Source: Octopus sinensis
Lineage: Eukaryota
Assembly (NCBI RefSeq): GCF_006345805.1
Contig: NC_043001.1
Coordinates: 63,674,001-63,738,000, forward strand
Direction: 5' to 3'
DNA length: 64,000 nucleotides
In this document: positions 1 through 13,445 of the stretch, piece after piece
How positions within the stretch are numbered: position 1 is the stretch's first letter
How the letters are laid out: each line of letters opens with the position of its first letter
The notes under the pieces: generated by a model
The model's input: the letters and a program-made list of their open reading frames with translations, nothing else
What the model was told of the DNA's origin: nothing
Databases searched by the model: none
Made by a program: the position numbers and the translations under genes

Positions 1-45
1 TTGCTAAGAATTTTGTCTGGTGCGCTAACAATTCTGTCAGCTCGA

Positions 46-71
46 ATAATAATAATAATATAATAATAATA

Positions 72-125
<54 letters not shown>

Positions 126-162
126 TAATAATAATAATAATAATAATATATAATAATAATAA

Positions 163-250
<88 letters not shown>
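46..250. repeat. (TAA)n microsatellite
   Basis: Direct reading. Confidence 0.95.
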
Positions 251-289
251 TGGAAAGTGTTATCGTGTACATTGGAAGTGTTATCATGA

Positions 290-777
290 TTGGAAGTGTT
301 ATCATGTACATGTTTTGTCTTGGTATAAAAGATGGGCTACAGCAAATATTCTGCTCAATACCACAGATTTGCTTGTCAGTTGTTTGACCATAACCAGTTG
401 AGCTGACGATATGTGCATCTCTGATCATGAGCAGAAGTAGTGGGGGAGCATCATAGCCATGTGTTGAGAAGGATTCTTTGGGGTTTGAATAATTCACCTC
501 TGGAAACATGGGTGTTTCGTTCAACGTCCTTAAACAACCCTTATTCAGGGACCTTTTGAGCGGGATGGGTTACTCAATCTGAAGAAAATTCTAACTGGGC
601 TCCACCTGCAAGGTCATGTGCTGTTTATCTTGATATGAGATCACTATGTCGCGCACATATGGTTGTGATGCATGTGCCTGGTGTACCCTTATCAGACGGG
701 TGGTCATGATGGGTATACTGGGCTTCGTATATTTTACCCCAGTGTCACTTTGATGGCATGCTCTGCTCGCTCACTCA
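290..777. mobile_element. Dispersed ~0.5-kb non-coding repeat between (TAA)n tracts (SINE-like or LINE UTR fragment)
   Basis: Highly similar second copy at ~21851-22336, which is also preceded by (TAA)n. Confidence 0.7.
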
Positions 778-798
778 ATAATAATAATAATAATAATA

Positions 799-874
<76 letters not shown>

Positions 875-2149
875 AAGAAGAAGAAGAAGAAGAAGAAGAA
901 GAAGAAGAAGAAGAAGAAGAAGAAGAAGAAGAAGAAGAAGAAAAAGACCAACAATAACCACAAAGAAATGTGTTTAAAAAATTATCTTATTCCTGTTGAA
1001 ATTTAAATCTCTAGCTGTGTATCATCCCTTATGAGGTACGTTTGTGTGTGGGATGGGGGGAAATACTTGCGTGGCATAACAATGTATAACAAAATATTTA
1101 TAGCAAAATAAAAATATTGTCAGAAGCAAGCTAAAAATGTTTAAAATAAGAAATACAAGAAAAAAAATAAAACCCTGAAGTATGTATGGATTATCGTGAG
1201 TGCGGTGAGGTAAAATAGATGTCACATTCACTGGGAAATATTGCTCAGTCACCCCATCAGTTGCTATTGTTATAGCAACGTCAAGTAACGTTGCTCTGTT
1301 CTAGAATCAGATTTGGAAAACATGTTCTTGTGGTGTTTTGTAAGAGTATCTGTTGATAGATAAATCTCTGACTGCTTACTAACTATTTTCTTAAACACAC
1401 CCTGCTGTTGTTGTACAGCAAGAGCTGCTACCTGGCACTCTAACTGCTGGAAAGTGCAACCATATTTTCCTCAAATTATACTTTTCCATCATGAAAAGAA
1501 AGTACACATTAGAAAATATAATATCCAGGATAGTTGCGGTTGAAATGTCTTTGATCATAAGTCTATTCAATGACGGCTGATCTGGAGCTAAGCAACAGCA
1601 ATATATCATTGGTAGTGTTATTATTTTTGTTGTTGTTAAGTCCCATGGGATGAGTTTTATCCGACAGATCTTTGACATGTTGTGGAGTTCATGATGTGAC
1701 ATGTGGAATTCATGGAGTGACTAATCGTGTAGTTTCAGTGATGAAAATGAACGTAATTCATTTGTAAGTAGGAAACAATGTAACTTCACCGAAACATCCC
1801 CGCCAAACTAGACATCTACCAATTATCCGAGTGTTTTTTTGTGGGGGGAGGGCTAGATTTTTGTTGTAACTGGAGGGAACAACTCTGCCCATGGCTCCAC
1901 AGGCTTTCCTAGATCAGTGAGATCGATGTCATTAATGTACCACTTAAACCTTTGTGAACGAAGGGCTGACGTTCTTGGAAATGAAGTGATTAGTGATAAG
2001 TGATTAGTGAAAGGTCTGGTGGAGTTGAGTAGAGGAGAAACAATTGGGACTGGAATGTTTGAGTGGAGTGGGGGAGGCTTATGCTCAGTCAGCTCCGAGG
2101 AACATTGGCAGAAAAGGCAGAGAGAGAAGACAGTGTACCTGACAGTAAG

Positions 2150-2448
2150 AGAGTAGAGTGAATATGTGAGTAACTTGATATCAGTCAGTTACGTGGTCCA
2201 TTTCTGGATGGGGTCTTGGATATCAGTATGGATTAAACAACATCATCCTATATGTGAGCACAATACTTCATTGTGGACCACAGCTGAACTTTGTTGGGGA
2301 TGAAGTGTCTTCTGTCCCCGAAGAGAAGGGTCAGACGTTGACATGTAGTCGTAGGTGTGTTAATAATGGGTTTTTGCTGAGAGTGATTTTCCTTGACAGT
2401 GAGGTCCAACATTTCAGTGATTTTGATGGTTATATTTGAGTGCAGGTC

Positions 2449-2491
<43 letters not shown>

Positions 2492-3290
2492 TAGGGTTTG
2501 TGTTTAGCTGTTGTCAGAGACAAGATTGGCACATCGTCAACAGAAGATACTTTTGAGGTCTTTTTCATGATTGAATAGTGCATGGGTGGGAAAGATTAGG
2601 CGGAAATGAAGAGTAGTGTCATCGGCAGAAGAGTGGAAATTTATTGTATGTAACAGGAAGTCATTGGTGTACAGAAGGAAGGAAACGGGGATAAAGCCAA
2701 ACCCTGGAGCATGCTAGAGCTGATGGAATGAGAAACAGAGATCTCCGTCAACACATGCAACAATAGTGGAATAGTGGAATCTAATAGGAAGCTACTGATC
2801 CAAGAAATGAGAATGAAGTAGAGCCTACGGGCAGGAGGGAAGTTTCGATAAGAAACTGGCATGCCAGACACAGTCAAAAATTTTGTTGATATTGAAGGCA
2901 ATGACAACATTACTTCCACCAAATTCCTTCAAGGCGAGATAAGGGGTGTACGAAACTTGGTTACCAATGCTTCTGGTTTTACAGAAACCATACTTGAGGC
3001 CTTTAAAGAGTGAGTGACATTCAAGATGGTTGTCGTTGTTAATGGCTGTCTCCGAAGATACTTTTAGCATTTGGCGTTGTGGACCTGGAAGTGTGGAAAA
3101 AGAAAATAGCTTTGGAGTTTTACCAAGTGTATTGCAGTGTAGAGTTGACTGCAAAGCGGGCGGCGAAGGAGGCTTCGTCTGCGATGTACTACTCGCAGAA
3201 CCATCAAGTAAAGTGAAAGAGGATTTTGAAAATCTACTGGAAATCTTTTTGACAAAAATAAAAAGGATCAGTTTCAGTTTGGAAGGCATG
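2150..3290 (-). pseudogene. Decayed CR1/Jockey-group LINE reverse transcriptase fragment
   Basis: IAFNINKIFDCVWHASFLSKLPS resembles the LDISKAFDRVWH motif. Also a QG..LSP..F motif, SADDTTLH (YADD) and MKYCAHI. Frameshifts and stops. Confidence 0.75.
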
Positions 3291-5488
3291 ATAGTTTTAG
3301 GGCTATAGATTGTGTGATGTTCATCTCTTTTTCATTAGCACTAACTCTCAAAAACTCAGAAATTTCTCATGGTGATTCCTAGTTCCAATCAATTTAATCA
3401 ATCTCCTATATGTTAATGATGTTTTATTGAACGGACCAGAATGAGAAGTAGACCCCCATTATGTTTGACTCTGAGTGTGGGGACAGTAATAAATCAAGTA
3501 GAAATTAAGAAAATTATCTCTGCTTTCTCTGTAATGTTTTATTTCCTTAGAATATTTATTTTGTAGACAGCGGAAAGATGGAAGGTGATATGTGGAATTA
3601 GAACGAAGAAAACAGGATTAAATGTTGCAAGATAGTATTTAAACTAACCTACAGTTCTACCTTCTTTCACGATAAAGAATAAATTAATTATGGCGAATAT
3701 TGTCAGTGTTAGTAGTAAATGTTCTATCAATCTCGTATTTGTTGTTTTTGTCTTCACTGAGTTTTGTCTGGTGTATTTGTATATTTTACCAAACTTCAGG
3801 TTTTACAAATGTGTACAACACCAATAAAGTTAGTTTTGAATTCAAGGACTATTCTCCTTTCTTCTCATTCATCTCTCTTCTTATAAGGACACAAATAGTG
3901 ATCCCTCTAACTGATGGAAACGGGATTGTTCCTGTCTGCACGCACTGCTCCTGTTATTACTACACTGAAATTGCACTAACAAACTGTTTTATTACTCTGA
4001 TTATCTCTACTACTGCTGCTGTTAGTGAAGTTGCTATCTTCAGCAGAGCTACACCACCAACGCTACCACTACAGCCCTCACTACAACCATCACTACCACC
4101 ACCATCACTACTACCACCATCACCACCACCACCTCCACCATCACTACTACTACCACCATCACCACAATCTCCTCAGCCACAACCACAACTACCTCCACCA
4201 TCACAATCACCACTACCACCATTACCACCACCACCACTATCAAAACCACCGCCATCACCTCCGTCGCCAGCGCCGCTACTGCTGCCGCCCCACCACCATC
4301 AGACAGTAGTAATGTTGGCAGGTAATGTTTCTACTTTAAATTCCGTAAATCTAGAAATACACATCTCCCGATACCGCAACGTCCTCCACCCCCACCTCAT
4401 TCCCACCCCGCAATTGGTAACAACGTTAGCAGCAACATTGTAGCGACGTAAACTCCTCTGCTATTGTTTATAACGTTGCTACCGATGCTATCAACTCACT
4501 CCACGACTGTTGCTGCTGCTGCCAAGTACCTGTATATCCTAGTTCCTGCATTCTTGAAATCACAAGCAAACAAAAGATCCTCTACGTGGTCTCTTTGCCT
4601 ACTAGAAATTGCAGTTAAAATTCCTTTCAGTCACATTCAACTAGCTTTGAAAAGACGTTAGATAATGGGATCCTGGGTTACCAGCACAGAGGAAGAGAAC
4701 AGGATTGTCACAAATAGAATATCATTGATCATAGGTCTGTTGTAACGGGCCTGATGTTAGTGTTAAACAACAACAACAATGTTATTCGGTACACGTTGAA
4801 GGTGCCGTGAATGCCTCTATAACTGCTTTGTGTAACATTGGCCATCTTGACATATAACAGAGAACCTAGGAAATCTGCACCATCCCACATTATCCTCACA
4901 TCTATACAGTCATGCGTGCAGTTAAACAGCCGACTGTTTACATGTAAACCAAAACATCACCACCATCACCACCACCATCAGCAACAACGTTAGCCAGTGC
5001 ACGTTAAGGTTGCGGTGAATGCCTCGACAGGCGTCTCGTATTACGTTAGTTACGTTTAGATGTACAAGTAAAACGTGGAAATAGCGTAAAAGTTCTTCCC
5101 CACCGCCACCCGCACAGTCACACAACCAGCACAGCAGTATACTGAAAACACGTGGCTCAATGAAAAAAGCTTTCCGTTTCTAGTCTCAATCAGATGCTGG
5201 TGGCTTCCGTTTAATATTTGCCGCGAAAAACTAACGTCATTCTGACTGACACATTTAGTAAATACGCTCACTCACCCATTTTCTTTCTCTCTCTCTCTTT
5301 TTCTCTCTCTTACTCTCTTTCCTTCTCTCTCTTTCTCTCACTCGCTCACATACACGCGCGCATACACACGCACGCACACACAAGTACATACACACACACA
5401 TACACACACACACATACAGACATATACACACAGATATAGGTACTGACAGTCACATATCAGCACACAAACTCACGCAAACACACACATA

Positions 5489-5690
5489 CGAGGGGGTGCT
5501 GAAAAGTTCCTGGTTTGGGGTAAAAGAAAATACTAGAGGATCAGTTAATTGTGATTTTATTTAACATATTCCCCACTCAGATTCACACACTTATTGCAGC
5601 AGTCCTTTAGTCTTTCTAAGCGACTGTAAAAGAACTCGGAAGGTCGGGCCTTCGACCAGGCCTTAACCTGTATTTTTCAGCACTCTCTCA
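5489..5690. mobile_element. Mariner/Tc1-type MITE
   Basis: TA|CGAGGGGGTGCTGAAAA ... TTTTCAGCACTCTCTCA|TA: imperfect TIRs with TA flanks. Confidence 0.65.
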
Positions 5691-5722
5691 TACACACAGA
5701 TAGTACATACATATATACACAT

Positions 5723-5774
<52 letters not shown>

Positions 5775-6653
5775 GTTTTAACAAATCGTGTCCTACCGAA
5801 GATTTCTGGTGTCATCTGAATTTCTCCCCACTTCCTCTCTCAGTTAGTTCCCTTTTGTTTGTTTGCAAATCGATTTTAGTTAATCCAGATATTGATTCGA
5901 GAAATTTCTCTTTCATGATGTTGTAGATTCGATTATCAAATCAGGTGACTTGTTGCGTTCTTGAGCAAAATATTTCATTTTACTTTGTTTCACAAGTCAA
6001 CTGAAAATGACCACCAGTGGCACCTTAGGGTTAAACCTCTGACGAATCGTTGGCCCGTTCGGTGGAAATCTTGCTCTATCAGACTGAAAAGCCCAGATAA
6101 GTCCCAACTTCACTAGCCTACTGTAGGGCTCGAGGTACACCCCAAAAGCAAAGAAGTTTAGCATTCGGGAGTGGAGCTGTTTCTGAGAGGGTAATATTCA
6201 GAATACTATCACCTTGTGATCTGTTGGTATTTTGTGAGAAAAATTAATGCTGGATAAAGAATGCTTTTTCAATTATAGTTTCTTTCTCTAACAGAACTGA
6301 TTACAAAATCAATGAGAATTCATATCGTGCCAGAACATCTCAGACGTAACCTTTAGTGAGGTACTATATAGTTTAATGTTTCATGACCGACTTTTCAGAA
6401 TTTCTACTTCAATACTAGACGGTTCTATTGCGGCCTGTGTTACATACTGTAAGGATGTCGCTTACACAGAAGAAAATAGTTAAGGTGGAATAAATTTGGT
6501 ATGCCTACGTGAAATCAAGAGATTTTGAAATTACGAAATTCGGAAAGTGTGTTATGTATACTCAGATGCACATATAGAAAGTTACATATATAGTTGTGTG
6601 TTTGTGTGTGTTGTGTGTGTGCGTATGTGTGTGTGTATGTGTGTGTTGTGTGC

Positions 6654-6685
<32 letters not shown>

Positions 6686-7470
6686 TCTCTTCTCTGAAGA
6701 AAAGTCCTTCCCAGTGAGTTATAATTATTAAATATACAAAATTATCATTTCAATTAACGGGAAGCATCTACATGGTCGTTCTGTCTGCTACAAAATAGCC
6801 GCCCAAATTCCCTCTAATCCAATTTTATCGTCTACTCGTTATACCTCTTAATACACAACGACGGAAAAGGCGCATGGCCAGAACACCTTTGATCATGGTC
6901 CACCCGAGTATAACTGACCTGATTCAACTTTCCAGGATTTGTTTTAAAATAAGTTCTCCTGCCTTCGTTTTTTTTTTCTTTTTAACCAGTTTCGTGGTTG
7001 TTCTGTTATTCTTCTTACTCTAATACTGTTTAAATAGTAACAAATCTGAGTCTAGTATTCTGGTTAATTTGTTTAAACGTACTTTAAGCAACAGAAAAAT
7101 ACTGAACTCTAAAGCTTAATAAATCGCACATTCCTCGTGCCTTTGATATAGTTTGGAGCTTTACTTTTTAAGTATCTATGTTCATTAACTTATTTGCTGC
7201 CGCCGCGACTGCTCCGACGTGAGTTAATGACCCCGCTAATGATAATACCAACTTCCAGTCCATAGGAAACCTGTTGTAACCATATTCAGCAAAACTGCTA
7301 CCAAGAATACCATCTAAAGTATGAGAAATACCATTTAACTACCCCTTTCACCAAATACTTCGATTAAAAAGAAAGTAAAAAGTTACCGAGTTATATAAAG
7401 GTGTGCTCTACATCACAACATTACCTTATACACACATACACACACACACACTCACACACACATATATATG

Positions 7471-7545
<75 letters not shown>

Positions 7546-7548
7546 ATA

Positions 7549-8228
7549 TTGATTTAATTTAATCAGGTTAGTTTACCATTAAACAGTAGATGAAACGGTG
7601 CATCGTATAAGAAATTACAGGGTAAATGTTTTTTAATTTTCTCCTGGTTTACGGAATTGATGTTATTTTGCGGTTGAAGCGTTTGGCTGTTATTTCTAGT
7701 GGGTGAATGGCCTATTAGGGCCGTTCCTTGATTGTGATGTTGAACTTAAAAATGGTATATGACTATTTAATTTTTTCCCACTAGGCCGCTGGTGGCAAAA
7801 AAATTCTACAAAATTTTTTTTGCCACCCTATATTGATTAATTATGAATTTTCTGGTTAATTCCGTAATGGAATCGGCGGCTTATATTTATTTGCTGCCGA
7901 TAAATTTGGCGCGAGTGCGATGATTTGAAAATTTTAGGTCAGATATTGCCGAGGCAGGGACGGGAATGCCTCGTGAAAAATATCTGTTCCGACTTGGCTA
8001 TTTCTTACTGATGAATCTAAGGGCCTATAGTAGATTGGCTTGATTTAATTTAATCAGGTTAGTTTACCATTAAACAGTAGATGAAACGGTGCATCGTATA
8101 AGAAATTACAGGGTAAATGTTTTTTAATTTTCTCCTGGTTTACGGAATTGATGTTATTTTGCGGTTGAAGCGTTTGGCTGTTATTTCTAGTGGGTGAATG
8201 GCCTATTATGGCCGTTCCTTGATTGTGA

Positions 8229-8230
<2 letters not shown>
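7549..8230 (+). mobile_element. HHR-bearing non-coding retroelement, family A (491-nt monomer, ~1.4 copies, in (TA)n)
   Basis: 7549-7739 is repeated almost identically at 8040-8230. (TA)n on both sides; internal hammerhead. Confidence 0.8.
8001..8105 (+). ncRNA. Type I hammerhead ribozyme with enlarged stem II (family A)
   Basis: tttctta-CTGATGA-atcta..(insert)..tagat-GAAAC-ggtgcatc-GTA-taagaaa. Perfect 7-bp stem I. Confidence 0.85.
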
Positions 8231-8279
<49 letters not shown>

Positions 8280-8390
8280 CGTCACCGTGACCGACCAGGC
8301 TATCAGATGTTGCTACACATCGCTGGTCACAATGCGCTTCGCATTGTTTTAGCTTTCAAATGACGCCACCCCACTGGCTAAGCGGACAGG

Positions 8391-8493
<103 letters not shown>

Positions 8494-8579
8494 CATAATT
8501 ATGCATAATTTACTCCTATCGACCCAGCGACAGAATAGAAAGCGTGTTTGAATGTGGATGAGGAAGTCTGTTTCTTCTC

Positions 8580-8649
<70 letters not shown>

Positions 8650-9605
8650 TTCATTTTGATATTTGGTCAGCTGTTATATTTTGTGTTGTTTGGTAAAAGT
8701 TAATGGAACTGAATGATTCAATAATGGCATACAGCAATTAGCGTGAGGAGTTGAGGGTGGGGGTTGGAAAGCTTATCGGGTGTTTAGCAAACTGACCATC
8801 TATATAACTATGTATGTTTGTGTACGTGGGTAAGTGTTTGTGGGTGTGCGTTTTCATACGTATGTACATAGATACATACCTGTAATTATAGGTGCACTTG
8901 GATGTGTAACACACTACCGAAATACCAATCTTGAGAAATTAGGCTTCTCAAAACCAGAAAGGAGAAGGCTGATTTGAAGACTACAGATCCAATCCATCAC
9001 TGGAACTGTAAAAATCTGTAAAACTTTTCAGAAGTTTAACATTTAAGTATATATGAGCATGTCTAGATATGCAACTATATGCATGAGAATACAGACATAA
9101 AACAAAACGTACGAAGCTGCACATATACATACATACACATACGCGCGCGCGCGCGCACGCACATACACACACACACAGAGTTTTCTAGTCGGAAGGGTAA
9201 GGTGTGCCTATGAACTTTTGTAGGGCTTTCATGATACTGATGAGGAAGGAAGGAAGGTAGGAAGGAAGGAAGGAAGGAAGGAAGGAAGGAAGGAAGGAAG
9301 GAAGGAAGGAAGATATCCTCAAGTCGAAAACTCAGTTTTGAACGCTGAAGGGACACACAGTGCCCCGTGGTTGTGTTAAACTGGGTGAATGCTCAAGTCG
9401 ACCCGAGCGCTTAATAGTGATGGAGGTATTGTGAGAAAATGTACATGATGAAAGTTACTTATGAGTGTAAGAGGATGTAAATAAAAATGCCAAAATAACA
9501 TGAAAAATAAAGATAAAATGTATTTATCACTCCCCAAATATTATACAAGTTTGATTACTGTTATATGATTGACTCGTTATTGGTGATTATATTATTTTCT
9601 ATAAT

Positions 9606-10000
9606 GCGCAGGAGTGGCTGTGTGGTAAGTAGCTTGCTTACCAACCACATAGTTCCGAGTTCATTCCCACTACGTGGCACCTTGGGCAAGTGTCTTCTAT
9701 AGCCACGGGCCGACCAAAGCCTTGTGAGTGGATTTGGTAGACGGAAACTGAAAAAAGTCCATCGTATATATGTATATATATATATATATGTGTGTGTGTA
9801 TTTATGTGTTTGTGTTTGTCCCCCCAACATCGCTTGACAACTGATGGTGGTGTGTTTACGTCCCCGTAACTTAGCGTTTCGGCAAAAGAGACCGATAGAA
9901 TAAGTACTAGGCTTACAAAGAATAAGTCCTGGTCGATTTGCTTGACTAAAGGCGGTGCTCCAGCATGGCCACAGTCAAATGACTGAAACAAGTAGAAGAG
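9606..10000 (+). mobile_element. tRNA-derived SINE with CR1-type 3' tail
   Basis: A/B-box-like head (TGGCTGTGTGG, GAGTTCATTCCC). Tail GGCGGTGCTCCAGCATGGCC shared with the LINE end at 37071. Another copy at 37834-38249 (-). Confidence 0.85.
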
Positions 10001-10027
10001 TTAAAAAGTTACGTACACTACCAAATT

Positions 10028-10465
10028 GGATTTTTCTAAAAGAAGGCCAGTTTTTTCTAGTTAACTAAATAATTTGAAACTTCGTATACTGGTAGAATGT
10101 GTCAAAAGAAAACATTAATTTCAATTAGTTTTTTGGAGAAAAATGTATTTTCTAACTTTTACGTAGTTTAATTCTTCGAATTTTAACCAATCGTATTCTC
10201 TCTTTTGACCTCAATTCATTTACTGCCGTGTTATTCATCCTTATCAGTCTTCTGTTTTTTGTCTTCAAAGGCTTGTTTATTTCAATGTCATCCCTGACTT
10301 ACGGACCGATTACCTGTGTGTGTGTGTGCGTAAAAGTTAGAAAATACATTTTTCTTCAAAAAACTAATTGAAATTAATGTTTTCTTTTGACACATTCTAC
10401 CAGTATACGAAGTTTCAAATTATTTAGTTAACTAGAAAAAACTGGCCTTCTTTTAGAAAAGATCC
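10028..10465. mobile_element. MITE with ~135-bp TIRs and 8-bp TSD
   Basis: Long near-perfect inverted ends GGAT.../...ATCC. ACCAAATT duplicated at 10020-10027 and 10466-10473. Confidence 0.9.
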
Positions 10466-10899
10466 ACCAAATTTTATAGATGATGTATATGTATTCCGAA
10501 CTATCAAAATAAACGATATTTACACATGAATACATGATCTTACAAGCAGGATACTTACATTTTCGAAAGGTTTTCAAAAGACAACAATTTTAGTTTATGC
10601 AAAAGCAACGCATTTACAACATAACAGCTATTCTGCACAAAGGCTATAAATGTCCATAAAAAGCGTTATTGAAATTCACTGCAAAAATTACTGTAGAAGA
10701 TTATTTCTCGTACAGACATAAGGAGGCACCATTAAACCGTGGCTTTCTGATTTTCAATCTGTAATTTTAAATTCCTTCTTTCTTTCCTCCCAACTTTTTC
10801 TTTGTTTTTCTTTCGCTTAAATCAAGAAATACATACGTGCATGATGTAAATAGACATCGTTCGTGCGTTTGTACTTGTTTTAGCTTTAAAGTTTTAGGA

Positions 10900-10951
10900 T
10901 TAGGGTTAGGGTTAGGGTTAGGGTTTTAAGGTTAGGGTTTTAGGGTTAGGG
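10900..10951 (+). repeat. Interstitial (TTAGGG)n inside a related MITE fragment ending ~11231
   Basis: TTAGGG repeats. The downstream end ...AAAGATCC resembles the TIR of 10028-10465. Confidence 0.7.
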
Positions 10952-11879
10952 TTGTCATAAATAACAGTGACAAACGAAATATACACCGCCGGAAGTTCTT
11001 GTTCACAAACAACAGCAGTAATTTTATTCAGCTGAATACACGTCATTGATTGGTTGAAATTACCGAAATACTACAACTTTAATGTGAAATAACTTCCTAA
11101 ATATAAACGTTTCTCAAAAATGCTAAGAGTAAAAGATGTTTTATATGACACATCCTATCAGTGTGCGAAGTTTGAAAGTGTTTAGTTACAAAAAATATTT
11201 TTTAAATCTGTCGGTCTAACGGTAAAGATCCGATTGATTTCTTTTTCTGAAAGCCCCAACTTATCCAAATTGTCATTTAGGCATTTACTCTTAAAACCAA
11301 ACGCACCAATTATTATTGGTATGAACGTTATAATTTAGGTATGGAAGCTGAAGATTTCGAAGCAATTGCCCACATTTATCCGCTTACTCTTTGATTACCG
11401 AAGAGATATTCACATCAGTAGGGGAGCTGACCTTGATGTTACATACATTTTCTTGACTATACCAAGCAGCATTATCCGGCTTCTTATGTTTGCAGATCAA
11501 GTCCGTTGTTTGGGCATTCGTTCTGTCTGCTTGTGTGTGTGTGTCTTCGAGCATCCTCCATCCGATTGCGCTTAAATTTGATTTGTAGATACCGACGGTA
11601 TCAGGGCGCGTATAAATCTTGAAAAAATTACAAAAATCGATTCCAGGTGAGAATGCGATCGATAAAGCAGTGGAAACGTGCATTTGAACGCGTAAGTACA
11701 TCAGCTGTTGCGATCGATATTACGAGTAGGCGAGAAAACGCACGTGCAGTTTGCGCAAAAAAGCCGGCTGGCTTGAAATAAGGCCACAAAATGGGACGGT
11801 CGGACAAGTTGTTTTGAGAAAATTTGGTTTAAATGTTTGACAACTCAGCACCATCGATTGGACGGGGGGAATTTTGCTC

Positions 11880-11958
<79 letters not shown>

Positions 11959-12370
11959 AAACAAATTTAGAATAATGGTCATTATATATCATTCTTTTAT
12001 TATATCTGTTTCAATATATATATACACACACACATACACACACTATATATATATAAGAAACAAGTTTAGAATAATGGTCATTATATATCATTATTTTATT
12101 ATATCTGTTTCAATACACACACACACACATACACACACACACACACACTCACACACACACACTCACACACACATACACACACACACACACTCACACACAC
12201 ACACTCACACACACTATATATATATATATAAATATATATATATATTGGAAACAGCTGTAATAAAGGAATTATATGTCATAACCATTATTTTAAACTTGTT
12301 TCTTACATATATATATATATATATATATGCTGTTTGCTAAGTCATTGGTTCTTTTTTTACCCTCGTATAG

Positions 12371-13122
12371 GTCTTCTCTACCATCTTCCTTATATTGGAA
12401 CTGTTCTTTCATTCCATTTCTGGGTTTTCGTATCATCTCTACTGTTTGGCTACACAAGGTACAAGATTCATCCTCCTACTGATGACGATGGCAACACTCA
12501 CATCAACCTCCATCATGGCCGTAACCATCACGACGATCGCCGCTGCTACGACTACGACGACCACTACGAACGCGATACCAAGATGACCGATAAAGAAGAT
12601 GGCTACAACGGTGACACCGATGACCCAGTCACTAATTACATTTCACGTAATACAGGTGTTGGTGGTGGTGTTGGTGGTGGTGGTGGTGGTGTTGTTGGTG
12701 GTGGTGGTGGCGGCGGTGGTGGTGGTGGTGGTGGTGTTGGCGGTGGTGGTGGTGGTGGTGGTGGTGGTGGTGTTGGGAGTAGTGCTAATGATAACACCTC
12801 TACTCCTGTTGCTACTACTTATACAGGTGAGGCTATGAAATCCCTCAGCTTTAATGATGCCATTGGTAACTTTAGGCGCAATACTGAATGGTTTAGGCCG
12901 CTAAAGTTTACTCATGATAATAGTAAGATGTCCACTTCTTTGAGTACTAAGCAGTCTAACAGTAGCATTGGTTATCTAAACTCGAAAAAAAATCGGGCAG
13001 CGATGACAGCCAACAAGATGTCTCTTAGTAGTGATTCTGATTCGGATACCATATATCCTAGTCGTCGATTCAATGCCCAGCGGGAGCAACAGCCTCTAAT
13101 TAGAACATATCATCTGTATTAA
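12371..13122 (+). CDS. Probable terminal coding exon of an unidentified membrane protein (hydrophobic segment, then Asp/His-rich, poly-Gly and Ser-rich tail)
   Basis: Pyrimidine tract plus TAG acceptor ending at 12370. 250-codon stop-free frame with complex sequence on both sides of the GGT tract; ends in TAA. Confidence 0.55.
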
Positions 13123-13412
13123 GATAAAGGCGGAGGTGGGGTGGCTTACAATGATCTGGTGGGTAAGTGTGCTGATGTGGGAGGGTTTAGGAGAGAGATG
13201 GGGGTGTTGGTTTGAAGTGTAGCTTGCTTTTATTTCTAGGAACGTATAGCGTTCAGTTAACGTTGGTTTGAAGTTACAGACATCGCTCCATGTTTGGTCA
13301 TGGTTTACGGGTGCGTGCGTGCGCCTGTGTGTGTGTATGTGTCTGCATGCGTCCATATACGTATGTGTGTATATATAGTTACATACACACGCGCGCGCAA
13401 GCACATACACAC

Positions 13413-13445
<33 letters not shown>

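Noticed and set aside
1020-1700. Possible decayed PLE RT (ILDIIFSNVYF)
   Set aside because: Only one weak motif; insufficient evidence.
3700-4443. 247-aa Pro-rich ORF
   Set aside because: Derived from (CCA/CAC)n low-complexity sequence; non-ATG start and no domain.
9606-9680. tRNA gene
   Set aside because: It is the tRNA-like head of a multi-copy SINE; no complete cloverleaf.
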